DNA from: Candidatus Obscuribacterales bacterium
GTDB taxonomy: Bacteria; Cyanobacteriota; Vampirovibrionia; Obscuribacterales; Obscuribacteraceae
NCBI GenBank assembly: GCA_965228855.1
Contig: CBDDIJ010000002.1
Coordinates: 2,240,001-2,304,000, forward strand
Length of the DNA: 64,000 bases
Direction: 5' to 3'
The position numbers were made by a program, and so were the translations under genes. The stretch's first letter is position 1, and every line of letters starts with the position of its first letter. The notes under the pieces were generated by a model. The model was not told the DNA's origin and made no database searches. It saw only the letters and a program-made list of their open reading frames with translations. Of the stretch, positions 50,462 to 59,636 are shown one piece after another.

Positions 50462-51259
50462 TTACGGAAACTCCCGTCTCTCGTTGACTATGGAGGCGAG
50501 TCCGAGCAGGAAAAAAATATAGGCAAATACATACGCCAGCATGTAGATAATAATTTCCTGCGATGGTTCCCTACCGTACATTAGCACGGAGCGGATCCTC
50601 GTCAACTGAGCCAGATCCGGTAAACACCAATAAAGCGATGATAGCAGCTGCTGAACAGCAGCGTTAGTAGACATCTTGCTCAAATCGAGAAGCGAGCCCC
50701 CGAGATGACCGATAAACCACAGCGAGATCGTGAATACGACACTCATAATCGGGTTGGAAAATGTAGAGAAAAAGGTTGCGAGTGCCAACACAAAAAGTAA
50801 TTCGAGGAAAACGAGTCCCAGCGATGCTCCTAACAGCGGTACTTGAGCGACCTGGTGCGACGGCTCTACCATCCAGAGCAAGCCCAGAAGGAACAGGCCC
50901 ATTGCGAGAACGACCACGAAAATACATCCGACCAATCCAAGATATTTTCCGCAGATAAACTGCCAGCTTGATACCGGTTTCGTGAAAATGACGTAGATCG
51001 TTCGGCGCTCAAGTTCTTTGTATACGAGATTGGTGCCGGCGAAAACTGAAATGATGCCGCCGATGATGGCAATCACCGCAAGTCCAATGTCTTCGATTAT
51101 CCGAATATCTTGACCGACAGAAAGAGAGCCGAGCAATATGCCAAGGACGGTTATCGAACAGGCGAATACGAAGAATGCGTAGAGGACCCGGTCTCGGACG
51201 GTCTCTCTGAACGTATTCAGGGCGATGGCAAAAACTGGATTCATCACCGATGATACCAC
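50462..51259 (-). CDS. ABC transporter permease (PilI-like)
   Basis: IALNTFRETVRDRVLY, KELERRTIY and GKYLG; abuts pilD. Confidence 0.85.
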   Translation of the reverse strand: MVSSVMNPVFAIALNTFRETVRDRVLYAFFVFACSITVLGILLGSLSVGQDIRIIEDIGLAVIAIIGGIISVFAGTNLVYKELERRTIYVIFTKPVSSWQFICGKYLGLVGCIFVVVLAMGLFLLGLLWMVEPSHQVAQVPLLGASLGLVFLELLFVLALATFFSTFSNPIMSVVFTISLWFIGHLGGSLLDLSKMSTNAAVQQLLSSLYWCLPDLAQLTRIRSVLMYGREPSQEIIIYMLAYVFAYIFFLLGLASIVNERREFP

Positions 51260-51261
51260 TG

Positions 51262-52002
51262 TCAGCCACCAACCTTTTCCAGGAAATACTCTTCCAGATC
51301 CTTATGACCGCCGCTGTGAACGATGTTCTTAACTTCATCCTCCGCTACCAATTTGCCTTTGGCGAGCACTCCCACTCGGTCGCACACATCGCTGACATCG
51401 GGCAAGAGATGCGAATTGAAAAATATCGTTTTGCCGCGTGCTTTCAGGTCCAGTAATATTTTTCGGACATCGCGGCGTCCAATCGGATCGAGTCCTGACA
51501 TGGGCTCGTCCCAAAAGACTACTTCCGGATCGTTGATCAAGCTTTGCGCGATTCCCAATCGCTGTAGCATGCCCTTTGAGTATTTGCGCATAGGTTTATC
51601 CGCATCGACGGTCATGCTGACCAGCTCCAGAAGCTGTTTTACGCGATCTCGTAATTCGGTTTTCTTCAAACCGAATAATTGTCCGATGAATTCCAGAAAC
51701 TCATGTCCGGTCAAATGCGAATAGAAATATGGATTTTCCGGTAGGAAACCAATCTTTCTCAATGCGCTCTGAGCTCCGGCCTTCTCGCCAAGTACAAGAG
51801 CTTCTCCGCGGTCCGGTCGCATGAGACCAACCAGAATTTTGACCGTCGTAGTTTTCCCGGCACCATTCGGTCCGAGCAGACCATATGTCTCTCCTTGCTT
51901 CACTGACAAAGAGAGCCCGTCAAGAATCGGGCTGCGCCTGAGAAGAAAGCTCGAGACCCTGTCTTTGCTGAGTCCTCGTGCTTCAATCACGTTGCCAGTC
52001 AC
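51262..52002 (-). CDS. ABC transporter ATP-binding protein (PilH-like)
   Basis: GPNGAGKTT, YSKGMLQR, DEPMSGLDPIGR and NSH motifs. Confidence 0.92.
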   Translation of the reverse strand: MTGNVIEARGLSKDRVSSFLLRRSPILDGLSLSVKQGETYGLLGPNGAGKTTTVKILVGLMRPDRGEALVLGEKAGAQSALRKIGFLPENPYFYSHLTGHEFLEFIGQLFGLKKTELRDRVKQLLELVSMTVDADKPMRKYSKGMLQRLGIAQSLINDPEVVFWDEPMSGLDPIGRRDVRKILLDLKARGKTIFFNSHLLPDVSDVCDRVGVLAKGKLVAEDEVKNIVHSGGHKDLEEYFLEKVGG

Positions 52003-52085
52003 GCTAGATCTCTCCCTCGCCTGCCACCAGCCGATTCCGTTTGAAACCAGCGGCTATTCGCGCGAAACGAAAATCGTTTTTCGAA

Positions 52086-52940
52086 CTAGCTGCCTTTTTT
52101 CTCGGCGGCTTTTCTGCTCTGCGTAATGATCTTATGAAGCTCTGCTGTAGCGGCTCTCAGTCTGCGCGATACTTGCATCTGAGAAATTCCCAGTCGCCGT
52201 GCCACTTCTGTTTGGCTGAGATCTTCGTAGAAGGTTAGTTGAACGACTTCTCTCAAGCCATCACGCAATTGCTTGATCGCTTCTGAAAGCATGAAGCGGT
52301 CTTCTTTCGCGAGTTGATTGTTGTGATAGCGACCATCGACAAGCGTGTCGATAAGCGACTGCTCTGAGCCTGCATCATTTGAAAGCGCCTGGTCGAGCGA
52401 GATAAGCGTGCGGCGGCGATCAACTTCATATGCTTCGTTGACGCGCGACACCGGAATCTGCAACTCGATGGCGATTTCCATGTCGGTGGGCTCGCGCCCG
52501 AGACGGGCGGTGAGGTTTTGAACCAGACGATTGATCCGGAAAGAAAGTTCTTGCAACTCTCTAGGAGCGCGAATCATCGCGGTCTTGTCTCTGAGGTAGT
52601 GACGAATCTCACCTGTAATCAAGTGAGTCGCATATGTTTGAAACTTAGCGCCGGCGTCAGGTTTAAACTGATCGACAGCTTTTATCAATCCGATCGAACC
52701 AACCTGGATCAAATCTTCAACAGGGTCGGTCGAACGTCTCGCCAAGCCGTAGGCGATGCGTTTGACCAGCGGCAAGGCCGCTTGAATTATTGAGTCACGA
52801 AGAGATGGATCGCGAGTTTCTGCATACGCTGCCAGCCACTCGTGAATTTGATCTTGCGCCTTTGATACATCTGCTCTGGGACTGGAAGACGGTCCTGGAC
52901 CCGGAGTTGCTCTTTTTGCCTGCAAACCCTTAATTCCCAC
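52086..52940 (-). CDS. RNA polymerase sigma factor, SigB/SigF/SigG type (cyanobacterial SigF-like)
   Basis: EDLIQVGSIGLIKAVDQF, GEIRHYLRDK and LSQTEVARRLGISQMQVSRR. Confidence 0.93.
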   Translation of the reverse strand: MGIKGLQAKRATPGPGPSSSPRADVSKAQDQIHEWLAAYAETRDPSLRDSIIQAALPLVKRIAYGLARRSTDPVEDLIQVGSIGLIKAVDQFKPDAGAKFQTYATHLITGEIRHYLRDKTAMIRAPRELQELSFRINRLVQNLTARLGREPTDMEIAIELQIPVSRVNEAYEVDRRRTLISLDQALSNDAGSEQSLIDTLVDGRYHNNQLAKEDRFMLSEAIKQLRDGLREVVQLTFYEDLSQTEVARRLGISQMQVSRRLRAATAELHKIITQSRKAAEKKGS

Positions 52941-53220
52941 TTTTCCACTAACGAACTAACCCGACAATCCATATTGTATGGCCTTAACGCAGATTATCAA
53001 ACAAATCATGTAAAAACTAGTGCTTAAACCTATACAGGTGCCGTAGGAAAGTATGTATTTTGGCTAGCAAAAGGGCTCGAAACCACCACCTGCCATGACG
53101 TTACAGCTTCGTATCATCAATTTGGCGCGCGTCTGAGAATGAAGGGTTAAACCTTCAAATTTTTCCGCAAACTTTGCCGAGAGTCCGGTTTTGTTTCTTT
53201 GCAAGCCTTTCAGGCTGACA

Positions 53221-54261
53221 TCAACCCTTCGCGCTTGCCAACTTCAGCTTGGTTTCCAGAACCTCATCTTCCGCATCGTAGTCGAACTTCTCGAGATCAA
53301 CAGTCTCAGGCGGATTTTGCCTTTGCCAGGCCACGGTCAGGGCGAGAGCTTCGTCCCGTGGGACGCTCTCGGTCCATTTGAACTTGGTCCTGAACGGTTC
53401 CGTATCGATTGTCAGGTGCTGACGCCAGTCGTAGTCTTGTCTTATGTGAGTGGGTAGCACTTCTTCGTCCACAGCCAGAACTTCTCCCTTCCAGCCTGCT
53501 GCTTTTCCGACCAATTTGACCCACTCCATTTCGGGCATCGAATCATCTTCGCCTATGTTGTAGATGAAGCTGCCTTTGGATTGGTCTTCGCTCGCAACCA
53601 CGACCGCACTGGCGACGTCGTCGACGTAACCGCGTGTGAGCTGCCATTTTGCCTGTTGTTTGCCTAGCAATATGTGTTTGCGGCCGTCGTCCATTCGGCG
53701 AAGGTGCTCGAAAATACGCGTCTGGGGGTCGTTCGGTCCGTAGACTACCGGCAACCTTAAGATGGTTGTTTGCAGCTCGGGCTCGCTTTGAGCGAGTTTT
53801 TCCACCAGAATCTTTTCGTACTCGTAAGCCGTGTGAAGCGCATCTACAGCGACTCCTCTGTATGGATAGAGCTGTTCGCGCAACGGCGAGTTTTCCTTGA
53901 GAGGGGTTGCGTCCGGGCTTCCAGGCTCTTTTTTCCGTAGCCGGTTATATGCGCGATAAACGTCAATGCTGCTGATTACCACCATGCGGTCCGTCACACC
54001 CGTTATCGCGCGCGTAAGTGTCCATGACTCCTGCGATGTCCGCGGGATCATGTCGATCACGACATTCGGCGCTAACTTTCGGATCTGAGCTGTATACTCG
54101 GAAAGGTCGCGACGGTCGAAAAGAAGCGACTGTACACCTTCCGGCATGGTCGTGTTGCTCCGACCTCGATGCACGACCGTGACTTCGTGCCCCTTTGCGG
54201 CCATCTGTTTAACGACGTGTGACCCAATAAATCCCGTTCCACCTAACAACAATACTCGCAT
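53221..54261 (-). CDS. NAD-dependent epimerase/dehydratase family (atypical SDR)
   Basis: LLGGTGFIG, ISSIDVY, YEYEK and LRLPVVYGP. Confidence 0.88.
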   Translation of the reverse strand: MRVLLLGGTGFIGSHVVKQMAAKGHEVTVVHRGRSNTTMPEGVQSLLFDRRDLSEYTAQIRKLAPNVVIDMIPRTSQESWTLTRAITGVTDRMVVISSIDVYRAYNRLRKKEPGSPDATPLKENSPLREQLYPYRGVAVDALHTAYEYEKILVEKLAQSEPELQTTILRLPVVYGPNDPQTRIFEHLRRMDDGRKHILLGKQQAKWQLTRGYVDDVASAVVVASEDQSKGSFIYNIGEDDSMPEMEWVKLVGKAAGWKGEVLAVDEEVLPTHIRQDYDWRQHLTIDTEPFRTKFKWTESVPRDEALALTVAWQRQNPPETVDLEKFDYDAEDEVLETKLKLASAKG

Positions 54262-54432
54262 GCAAATCTGCCCCCAAAGGTTCCCGGTCTCCCTTTGTTC
54301 TGGAAAACCAAAACAATTCTGCCTTCTCTATAAATTTCTTTCCCTAGAATTCGATATTTATTTACGGAAACCGTAACGCCCGCCATATTTTTTATTCCGG
54401 GAAAGCTTTTTTGGGGGAGTCTATGAACCCCG

Positions 54433-54783
54433 ATGAAGGGAATATATAGCTTGATTGACGTGGAGAATTTACCAATGGACGGACTTCCTGATCCTTCTCA
54501 ATTGTCTAAAACAGGTCTTTTCCGGGTCGCAAAGGAAAAACCGATTCGCCCACTCACTTCGGTTTATCTCATCGGGCTGGGCTTCACTACGATTGCCTTA
54601 GCTGCGGATCTTGTTTTTCAGGGATTCCAAAACAACGTCGCCGCTGTCGGAGCAGCAGCTGCTGCGGCAGTTCTCGTCATCTGGATATCAATAGCGTTTC
54701 TCTGGCACTCTGTACGCCAACTGATAATCAAAGTAGATGCGCTGACCCGTTTAGTAGAGAAAAAGAGCGACACCAACCTCTGA
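54433..54783 (+). CDS. Small two-TM membrane protein
   Basis: Two hydrophobic helices; start uncertain. Confidence 0.6.
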   Translation: MKGIYSLIDVENLPMDGLPDPSQLSKTGLFRVAKEKPIRPLTSVYLIGLGFTTIALAADLVFQGFQNNVAAVGAAAAAAVLVIWISIAFLWHSVRQLIIKVDALTRLVEKKSDTNL

Positions 54784-54807
54784 ATACCTTCGGCAACGTT
54801 TCAGGAC

Positions 54808-56037
54808 CTATCTGAGCTGATTGATGACGGTAAAAATCGGCAGATACATTCCAACGACGACTGAGCCGACGACACCGCCGATGCCGACAACCATAATTGG
54901 TTCAAGCATGGAAGTGAGCTGCTCGACTGAATTTTCGACTTCCATGTCGTAGAAGTCGGCGATCTTTGAGAGCATGTCATCAAGCCTACCGGTTTCTTCG
55001 CCGACCGCAATCATCTGAGTGACCATCGGCGGGAAGATTTGATTGCGGCTCATCGGTTTTGAGATTGTCCCACCCTGACGGACTTCGTCGTAAATCTGAT
55101 CGATGCCTTTCGCCACTACAGCATTGCCGGCTGTGTCTTTGACGACATCAAGCGCGTTGAGCATGGGGACGCCTGCGCGTATAAGTGTTCCGAAAGTTCG
55201 GCTGAATCTGGCGATTGCAACTTTTCTAATCAGGTCGCCAAACAGGGGGAGGCTGAGAATCATGCCGTCAATTTGAAGGCGACCCACCTCGGTTCTGTAA
55301 TATCGGCGCAGAAAATATGCCCCGATACCGCAGGCAATCAGGAAGAAAACCATATAGATTGACCGGACTGCTTCTGATAAGGCAATGAGAAACTGCGTGT
55401 AGAGCGGAAGTTCACCACCAATGTTTTTAAACAATCCCTGAAAAACGGGCAGCACAAATGTCAGCATCGCCCAGAACACGCCCACTGCAATAAGCAGAAC
55501 GACTGATGGATAGACCATCGCTGCGCGCACCTTCTGGTTCAATTTTTCCTTGTATTCAAGGTAATCCGCCAGTCGTTTCAAGACATCTGAGAGAATACCG
55601 CCGGTCTCGCCGGCACGAACGATGGCAATGTACAGTCTATCGAAGATGCCCACCTGTCTTGCCATAGCATCGGACAGTGATAAACCGGACTCGACCGACC
55701 TTCTAATGTCATCGAGGGCATTTTTCAATCGCTTGTTGGGGCATTGATCCACGATAATTGAGAGTGTTCGCAGCATTGCGACGCCGGAGGAAACCATTGC
55801 AGAGAATTGGCGAGAGAAAACAACCATGTCTTTCAGGCTGACCTGCTCGAAAGAATCCAATATGCGATTCAGTCTCGCTACTATTTCGGCTGTTGTAAAT
55901 CCTCCGCGTTCGCGGATATCGAGAACGTCCAGGCCGCGTGCTGATAGTCGAGTGCGGAGAATTGCGGGTGATTCAGCCTGAGCAACTGCTTCTCGCACGT
56001 TACCCTGGCTATCTCTCACTTTGTAAACATATTCCAC
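54808..56037 (-). CDS. pilC: Type IV pilus inner-membrane platform protein
   Basis: FSRQFSAM, AGETGG, AMVYP, VGEETG and MYLPIF (GspF family). Confidence 0.96.
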   Translation of the reverse strand: MEYVYKVRDSQGNVREAVAQAESPAILRTRLSARGLDVLDIRERGGFTTAEIVARLNRILDSFEQVSLKDMVVFSRQFSAMVSSGVAMLRTLSIIVDQCPNKRLKNALDDIRRSVESGLSLSDAMARQVGIFDRLYIAIVRAGETGGILSDVLKRLADYLEYKEKLNQKVRAAMVYPSVVLLIAVGVFWAMLTFVLPVFQGLFKNIGGELPLYTQFLIALSEAVRSIYMVFFLIACGIGAYFLRRYYRTEVGRLQIDGMILSLPLFGDLIRKVAIARFSRTFGTLIRAGVPMLNALDVVKDTAGNAVVAKGIDQIYDEVRQGGTISKPMSRNQIFPPMVTQMIAVGEETGRLDDMLSKIADFYDMEVENSVEQLTSMLEPIMVVGIGGVVGSVVVGMYLPIFTVINQLR

Positions 56038-56045
56038 TTTAAGTC

Positions 56046-56132
56046 CGCTCCGCTATATCAATTAAACGCTCCGCTCCTCGTTTCACTCGATGCTCTGCTA
56101 CACTCGCTCGCTCCGCATATCAGTTATACGTT
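56046..56132. repeat. Imperfect ~24-nt direct repeat in the pilT-pilC spacer
   Basis: cgctccgctatatcaattaaacg (from 56046) versus cgctccgcatatcagttatacg (from 56109); a third cgctccgc core at 56067. Confidence 0.6.
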
Positions 56133-56137
56133 TGCTG

Positions 56138-57295
56138 CTACTGAAGTCTTCCGAACATAGAGCGCCGTTCCGGGGGCGGCTCTTGCGATGTTGGCTGTGC
56201 CGCGGTCCGTTCCGGAGTCAAAAGAACTTTGAGGTCATCGGCGCGAGTCGTTTTTGAGAAAGCCTCGTCGACGGTGATAACTCCTGCTTTGGCAAGGTTC
56301 GACAACGCTTGTTCCAAGGTTTGCATGCCTTGTTTCGATCCCATTTGCATGGTTGCATATAGCTGTGAGTTCTTCGCTTCTCGCACGAGGTTGGCTACAG
56401 CTGCGGTGTTTACGAGAACTTCTGCTGCGAGAACACGACCTTTAGTGATTGGACTTCCGCCCGCCATCTCTTCCTGACGAGGTATCAGAGTCTGCGAGAT
56501 GATGGCGACCAAACTGTTCGAAAGCATAATGCGAATCTGTTGTTGTTGGTCATGAGGAAACGCGTCGATGATTCTATCGACCGTTTGTGCAGCGGAGCTT
56601 GTGTGCACCGTGCTTAGTACCAGGTGTCCCGTCTCGGCAGCCGTGAGCGCAAGGTGAATTGTTTCCAAGTCGCGCATTTCGCCAACCAGGATGACGTCCG
56701 GGTCTTCTCGGAGCGCGGCTCGTAATGCGTTTGCAAAACTTCTCGTGTCGCTGCCCAATTCTCTTTGAGAGATGACTGAAACCTTGTCGTTGTGAAGATA
56801 CTCAATCGGATCTTCGATGGTCAGAATGTGAACAGAGCGCGTGTCGTTTATATAGTCAATCATAGAAGCAAGGGTTGTTGATTTGCCGGAGCCCGTAGGG
56901 CCCGTGACCAAGATCAAACCTCTCGGCTTATCTGTGAGTTGTTGGCAGAGAGGGGGAAGCCCTAATTCATCGAGACCGGGTATGGTGGTTGAAACTATAC
57001 GGAACGCCGCAGCTAGACTGCCTCTGTCGCGATATATATTCGCCCTGAATCGTCCCAGACCGGCGACGCCGAAACTGAAATCAACTTCGTAGATATTGCG
57101 AAGTCTATCCTTCTGCTCTTCTGTGATGATTGAGAAAATCAGATCCTCAACGTCTTTGTTTGACATCACCGGAAGCGATGTCCTCTCGAGTCTTCCGGAG
57201 ACCCTTATGATAGGCGGTTGTCCAGCCTTCAAGTGCAGGTCGGACGCTGCTCGATCGAGAACGAGCTGCATCAATTCTTGCAACTCAATATTCAT
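56138..57295 (-). CDS. pilT: Type IV pilus retraction ATPase
   Basis: ASDLHL, GPTGSGKSTT, EDPIE, ALREDPD, AVANLVRE (AIRNLIRE-like) and GMQTL. Confidence 0.96.
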   Translation of the reverse strand: MNIELQELMQLVLDRAASDLHLKAGQPPIIRVSGRLERTSLPVMSNKDVEDLIFSIITEEQKDRLRNIYEVDFSFGVAGLGRFRANIYRDRGSLAAAFRIVSTTIPGLDELGLPPLCQQLTDKPRGLILVTGPTGSGKSTTLASMIDYINDTRSVHILTIEDPIEYLHNDKVSVISQRELGSDTRSFANALRAALREDPDVILVGEMRDLETIHLALTAAETGHLVLSTVHTSSAAQTVDRIIDAFPHDQQQQIRIMLSNSLVAIISQTLIPRQEEMAGGSPITKGRVLAAEVLVNTAAVANLVREAKNSQLYATMQMGSKQGMQTLEQALSNLAKAGVITVDEAFSKTTRADDLKVLLTPERTAAQPTSQEPPPERRSMFGRLQ

Positions 57296-57359
57296 TCGCG
57301 CTCCTCCGGTAATTTCAAATCGTTTTCGATACTTTCTGCTTTCGTTCTATTTGGACATG

Positions 57360-59507
57360 TCAACGACGTCGCTTCGACTTATGCTGGTGTGAAGGTACGT
57401 TCTGACCGTTGTCAGCGCTATGATGCTCGTGTATCACCGGCTGGTCCGCTTTTCCGTTCGAATATTTCGAATGCATGCAATAGGGACAGTCAACCCAATC
57501 GCCGACGATTTCCGCACTACACGATTGACAGCAGGATTCATGCGCTTCTTCGTATTTGTTCATGCCGCACTTCGGACAGCTCGCCCAGTCCTCTTGCTGC
57601 AATGTGCCGCAGCGACGGCAGGAAACTTTAAGTTCGTGCTGGCAGAATGGGCACTTGATGAAGTCGTCGCTGATTGGGTTTCGGCACTTACTGCAAAGTT
57701 TGTCTTCGCCGGAAGTATCCGCGAGAGTTACGCGCACCACTTCTTCTGCTGTGGTTAGTCCCTGACCGACAAGACGCAGTGAATAATCCTTGAGTGGTAT
57801 CATTCCCGACTGCTTCGCCGCCAATCGGATCATCGCTGTCGTCGCGCCTTTGCAGACGAGGTCGCGAATCTCATCGTTCATTCTCATGACTTCGAAAACA
57901 CCGATCCGGTTTTTATAACCGGTGCCGTTGCACGCTTCGCAACCTAGTCCTCTTCGGAAAATCGGCATACCGTTTGTTCCCATTCGGAGCTTGTAGTACT
58001 GGATGGTTGACTCCGCTAAATGCTCTTGCTGTTTGTCCATCAAGCCGAGATAGCGCAAGGCGCTTACTTCCGGCACGTATTCTTCGACGCATTCTTCGCA
58101 GATTCGACGAACCAGTCGTTGTGCCACCACTCCGACCGTAGCTGATGCCACCAGATATGGGTCCACTTCCATTTCTGCCAACCGGGTGATCGCTCCGGGC
58201 GCGTCGTTGGTGTGAAGGGTGGTGAAAACCAGGTGACCTGTAAGAGCGGCTTCTACAGCGATTTTGGCTGTTTCTCTATCCCGCGTCTCTCCCACCAGTA
58301 CGATGTCCGGATCCTGTCGCAAGAAGTGTCTGAGGATGCGGGCGAAGTCTAATCCTTTTTCGCGCAAGACTTGCACTTGCGTGATGCCGGCCATTTCGTA
58401 TTCAATCGGATCCTCTGCCGTACAGATGTTGACTTCATGCGTGTTTCGCTCGGACAGTGCGGCATAGAGCGTAGTTGTTTTACCGGAGCCGGTTGGGCCG
58501 GTGACGAAAATAATTCCATATGGTTTTCCAATCATGTCACGAATCATCGACATTGCGTCTGATTCAGTGATCAAATTGTCGAGACCAAAATTGGTATGCG
58601 ACTTATCCAATTGCCGCATGACGACTTTCTCTCCATGCTTCGTTGGAATTGTCGACACACGGAAGTCTACATCTTTGCCGGAGAATCTTACGCGAATTCT
58701 GCCGTCTTGAGGAAGACGTCTTTCTGCGATATCAAGGTCGCTCATAATTTTGTAACGCGATACGAGAGCCGCTTGAATAGCCTTTGGCAGCGTTCTATCG
58801 ACGAAGAGAACTCCGTCGAGTCGATAACGCACCGTGACGTTTTTGTCCTGAGGCTCAATATGAACGTCCGAGCATTGACGTTTGATCGCTTTAGCTAAAA
58901 CCTGATTGGCGAGTTGCACAATCGGCGCATCTTGAGCCTGTCTTGCAAGATCAAGGTCGTTAACTTCATCATGCACATCTTCCATGATGGCAATGTCTGA
59001 GAGATCGACTTCCGACTCGATAAACGTCTCGTCCTGATACTCAACCATCTCCTCGGTGAGCTCATCCTGGCGTTTGGCGTAAACAGTTTCCATAAAATGC
59101 TGGAAATCGTCTTCGGTGCAAACAACAGGCTGGACGGTAATTCCTTTGAGCCGATACTTGATGTCGTCGAGGGCAAGAAGATTATTGGGATTCACCATGG
59201 CGATGGTGAGCTTATTCTCTTCTTTCGATATCGGTACGACCTGATGTTGGCGCATCACCTTTTCAGGTAACAACTCCAGACAATTGCCGTTGGGTGTGAC
59301 TTTGGTGAGCGAGACGTAGTTGACGCCAAACTGGAGTTCCAGCGCGTTTTTTAAATGCTTTTCGTTGGCTAAGCCCAGACGAGATAAAATCAGCGAGATT
59401 GGTTCGCCGGTTTTCAGTCGCTCCTGCTGCACCAGCTTGAGCTCGTCATGCGTGATGAGCCCGTGGTCGACAAGTAGTTCCCCAATTTCCTTCTTGATTA
59501 GCGCCAT
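57360..59507 (-). CDS. pilB: Type IV pilus extension ATPase with three C-terminal zinc ribbons
   Basis: MshEN-like N-terminus, SDVHIEP, GPTGSGKTTT, LRQDPD, TGHLV and a Cys-rich tail. Confidence 0.96.
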   Translation of the reverse strand: MALIKKEIGELLVDHGLITHDELKLVQQERLKTGEPISLILSRLGLANEKHLKNALELQFGVNYVSLTKVTPNGNCLELLPEKVMRQHQVVPISKEENKLTIAMVNPNNLLALDDIKYRLKGITVQPVVCTEDDFQHFMETVYAKRQDELTEEMVEYQDETFIESEVDLSDIAIMEDVHDEVNDLDLARQAQDAPIVQLANQVLAKAIKRQCSDVHIEPQDKNVTVRYRLDGVLFVDRTLPKAIQAALVSRYKIMSDLDIAERRLPQDGRIRVRFSGKDVDFRVSTIPTKHGEKVVMRQLDKSHTNFGLDNLITESDAMSMIRDMIGKPYGIIFVTGPTGSGKTTTLYAALSERNTHEVNICTAEDPIEYEMAGITQVQVLREKGLDFARILRHFLRQDPDIVLVGETRDRETAKIAVEAALTGHLVFTTLHTNDAPGAITRLAEMEVDPYLVASATVGVVAQRLVRRICEECVEEYVPEVSALRYLGLMDKQQEHLAESTIQYYKLRMGTNGMPIFRRGLGCEACNGTGYKNRIGVFEVMRMNDEIRDLVCKGATTAMIRLAAKQSGMIPLKDYSLRLVGQGLTTAEEVVRVTLADTSGEDKLCSKCRNPISDDFIKCPFCQHELKVSCRRCGTLQQEDWASCPKCGMNKYEEAHESCCQSCSAEIVGDWVDCPYCMHSKYSNGKADQPVIHEHHSADNGQNVPSHQHKSKRRR

Positions 59508-59636
59508 TTCGTGTCACCTTGCCAGCCGCACTTATCGGTGTCTGATATCGTGCCGGAGCAACATAAGTTCTACTCTTATGCCTAATTGATCTATGCCCGT
59601 TTCTTTCTTCTAACTATACTCGTATTACAATGGCCG

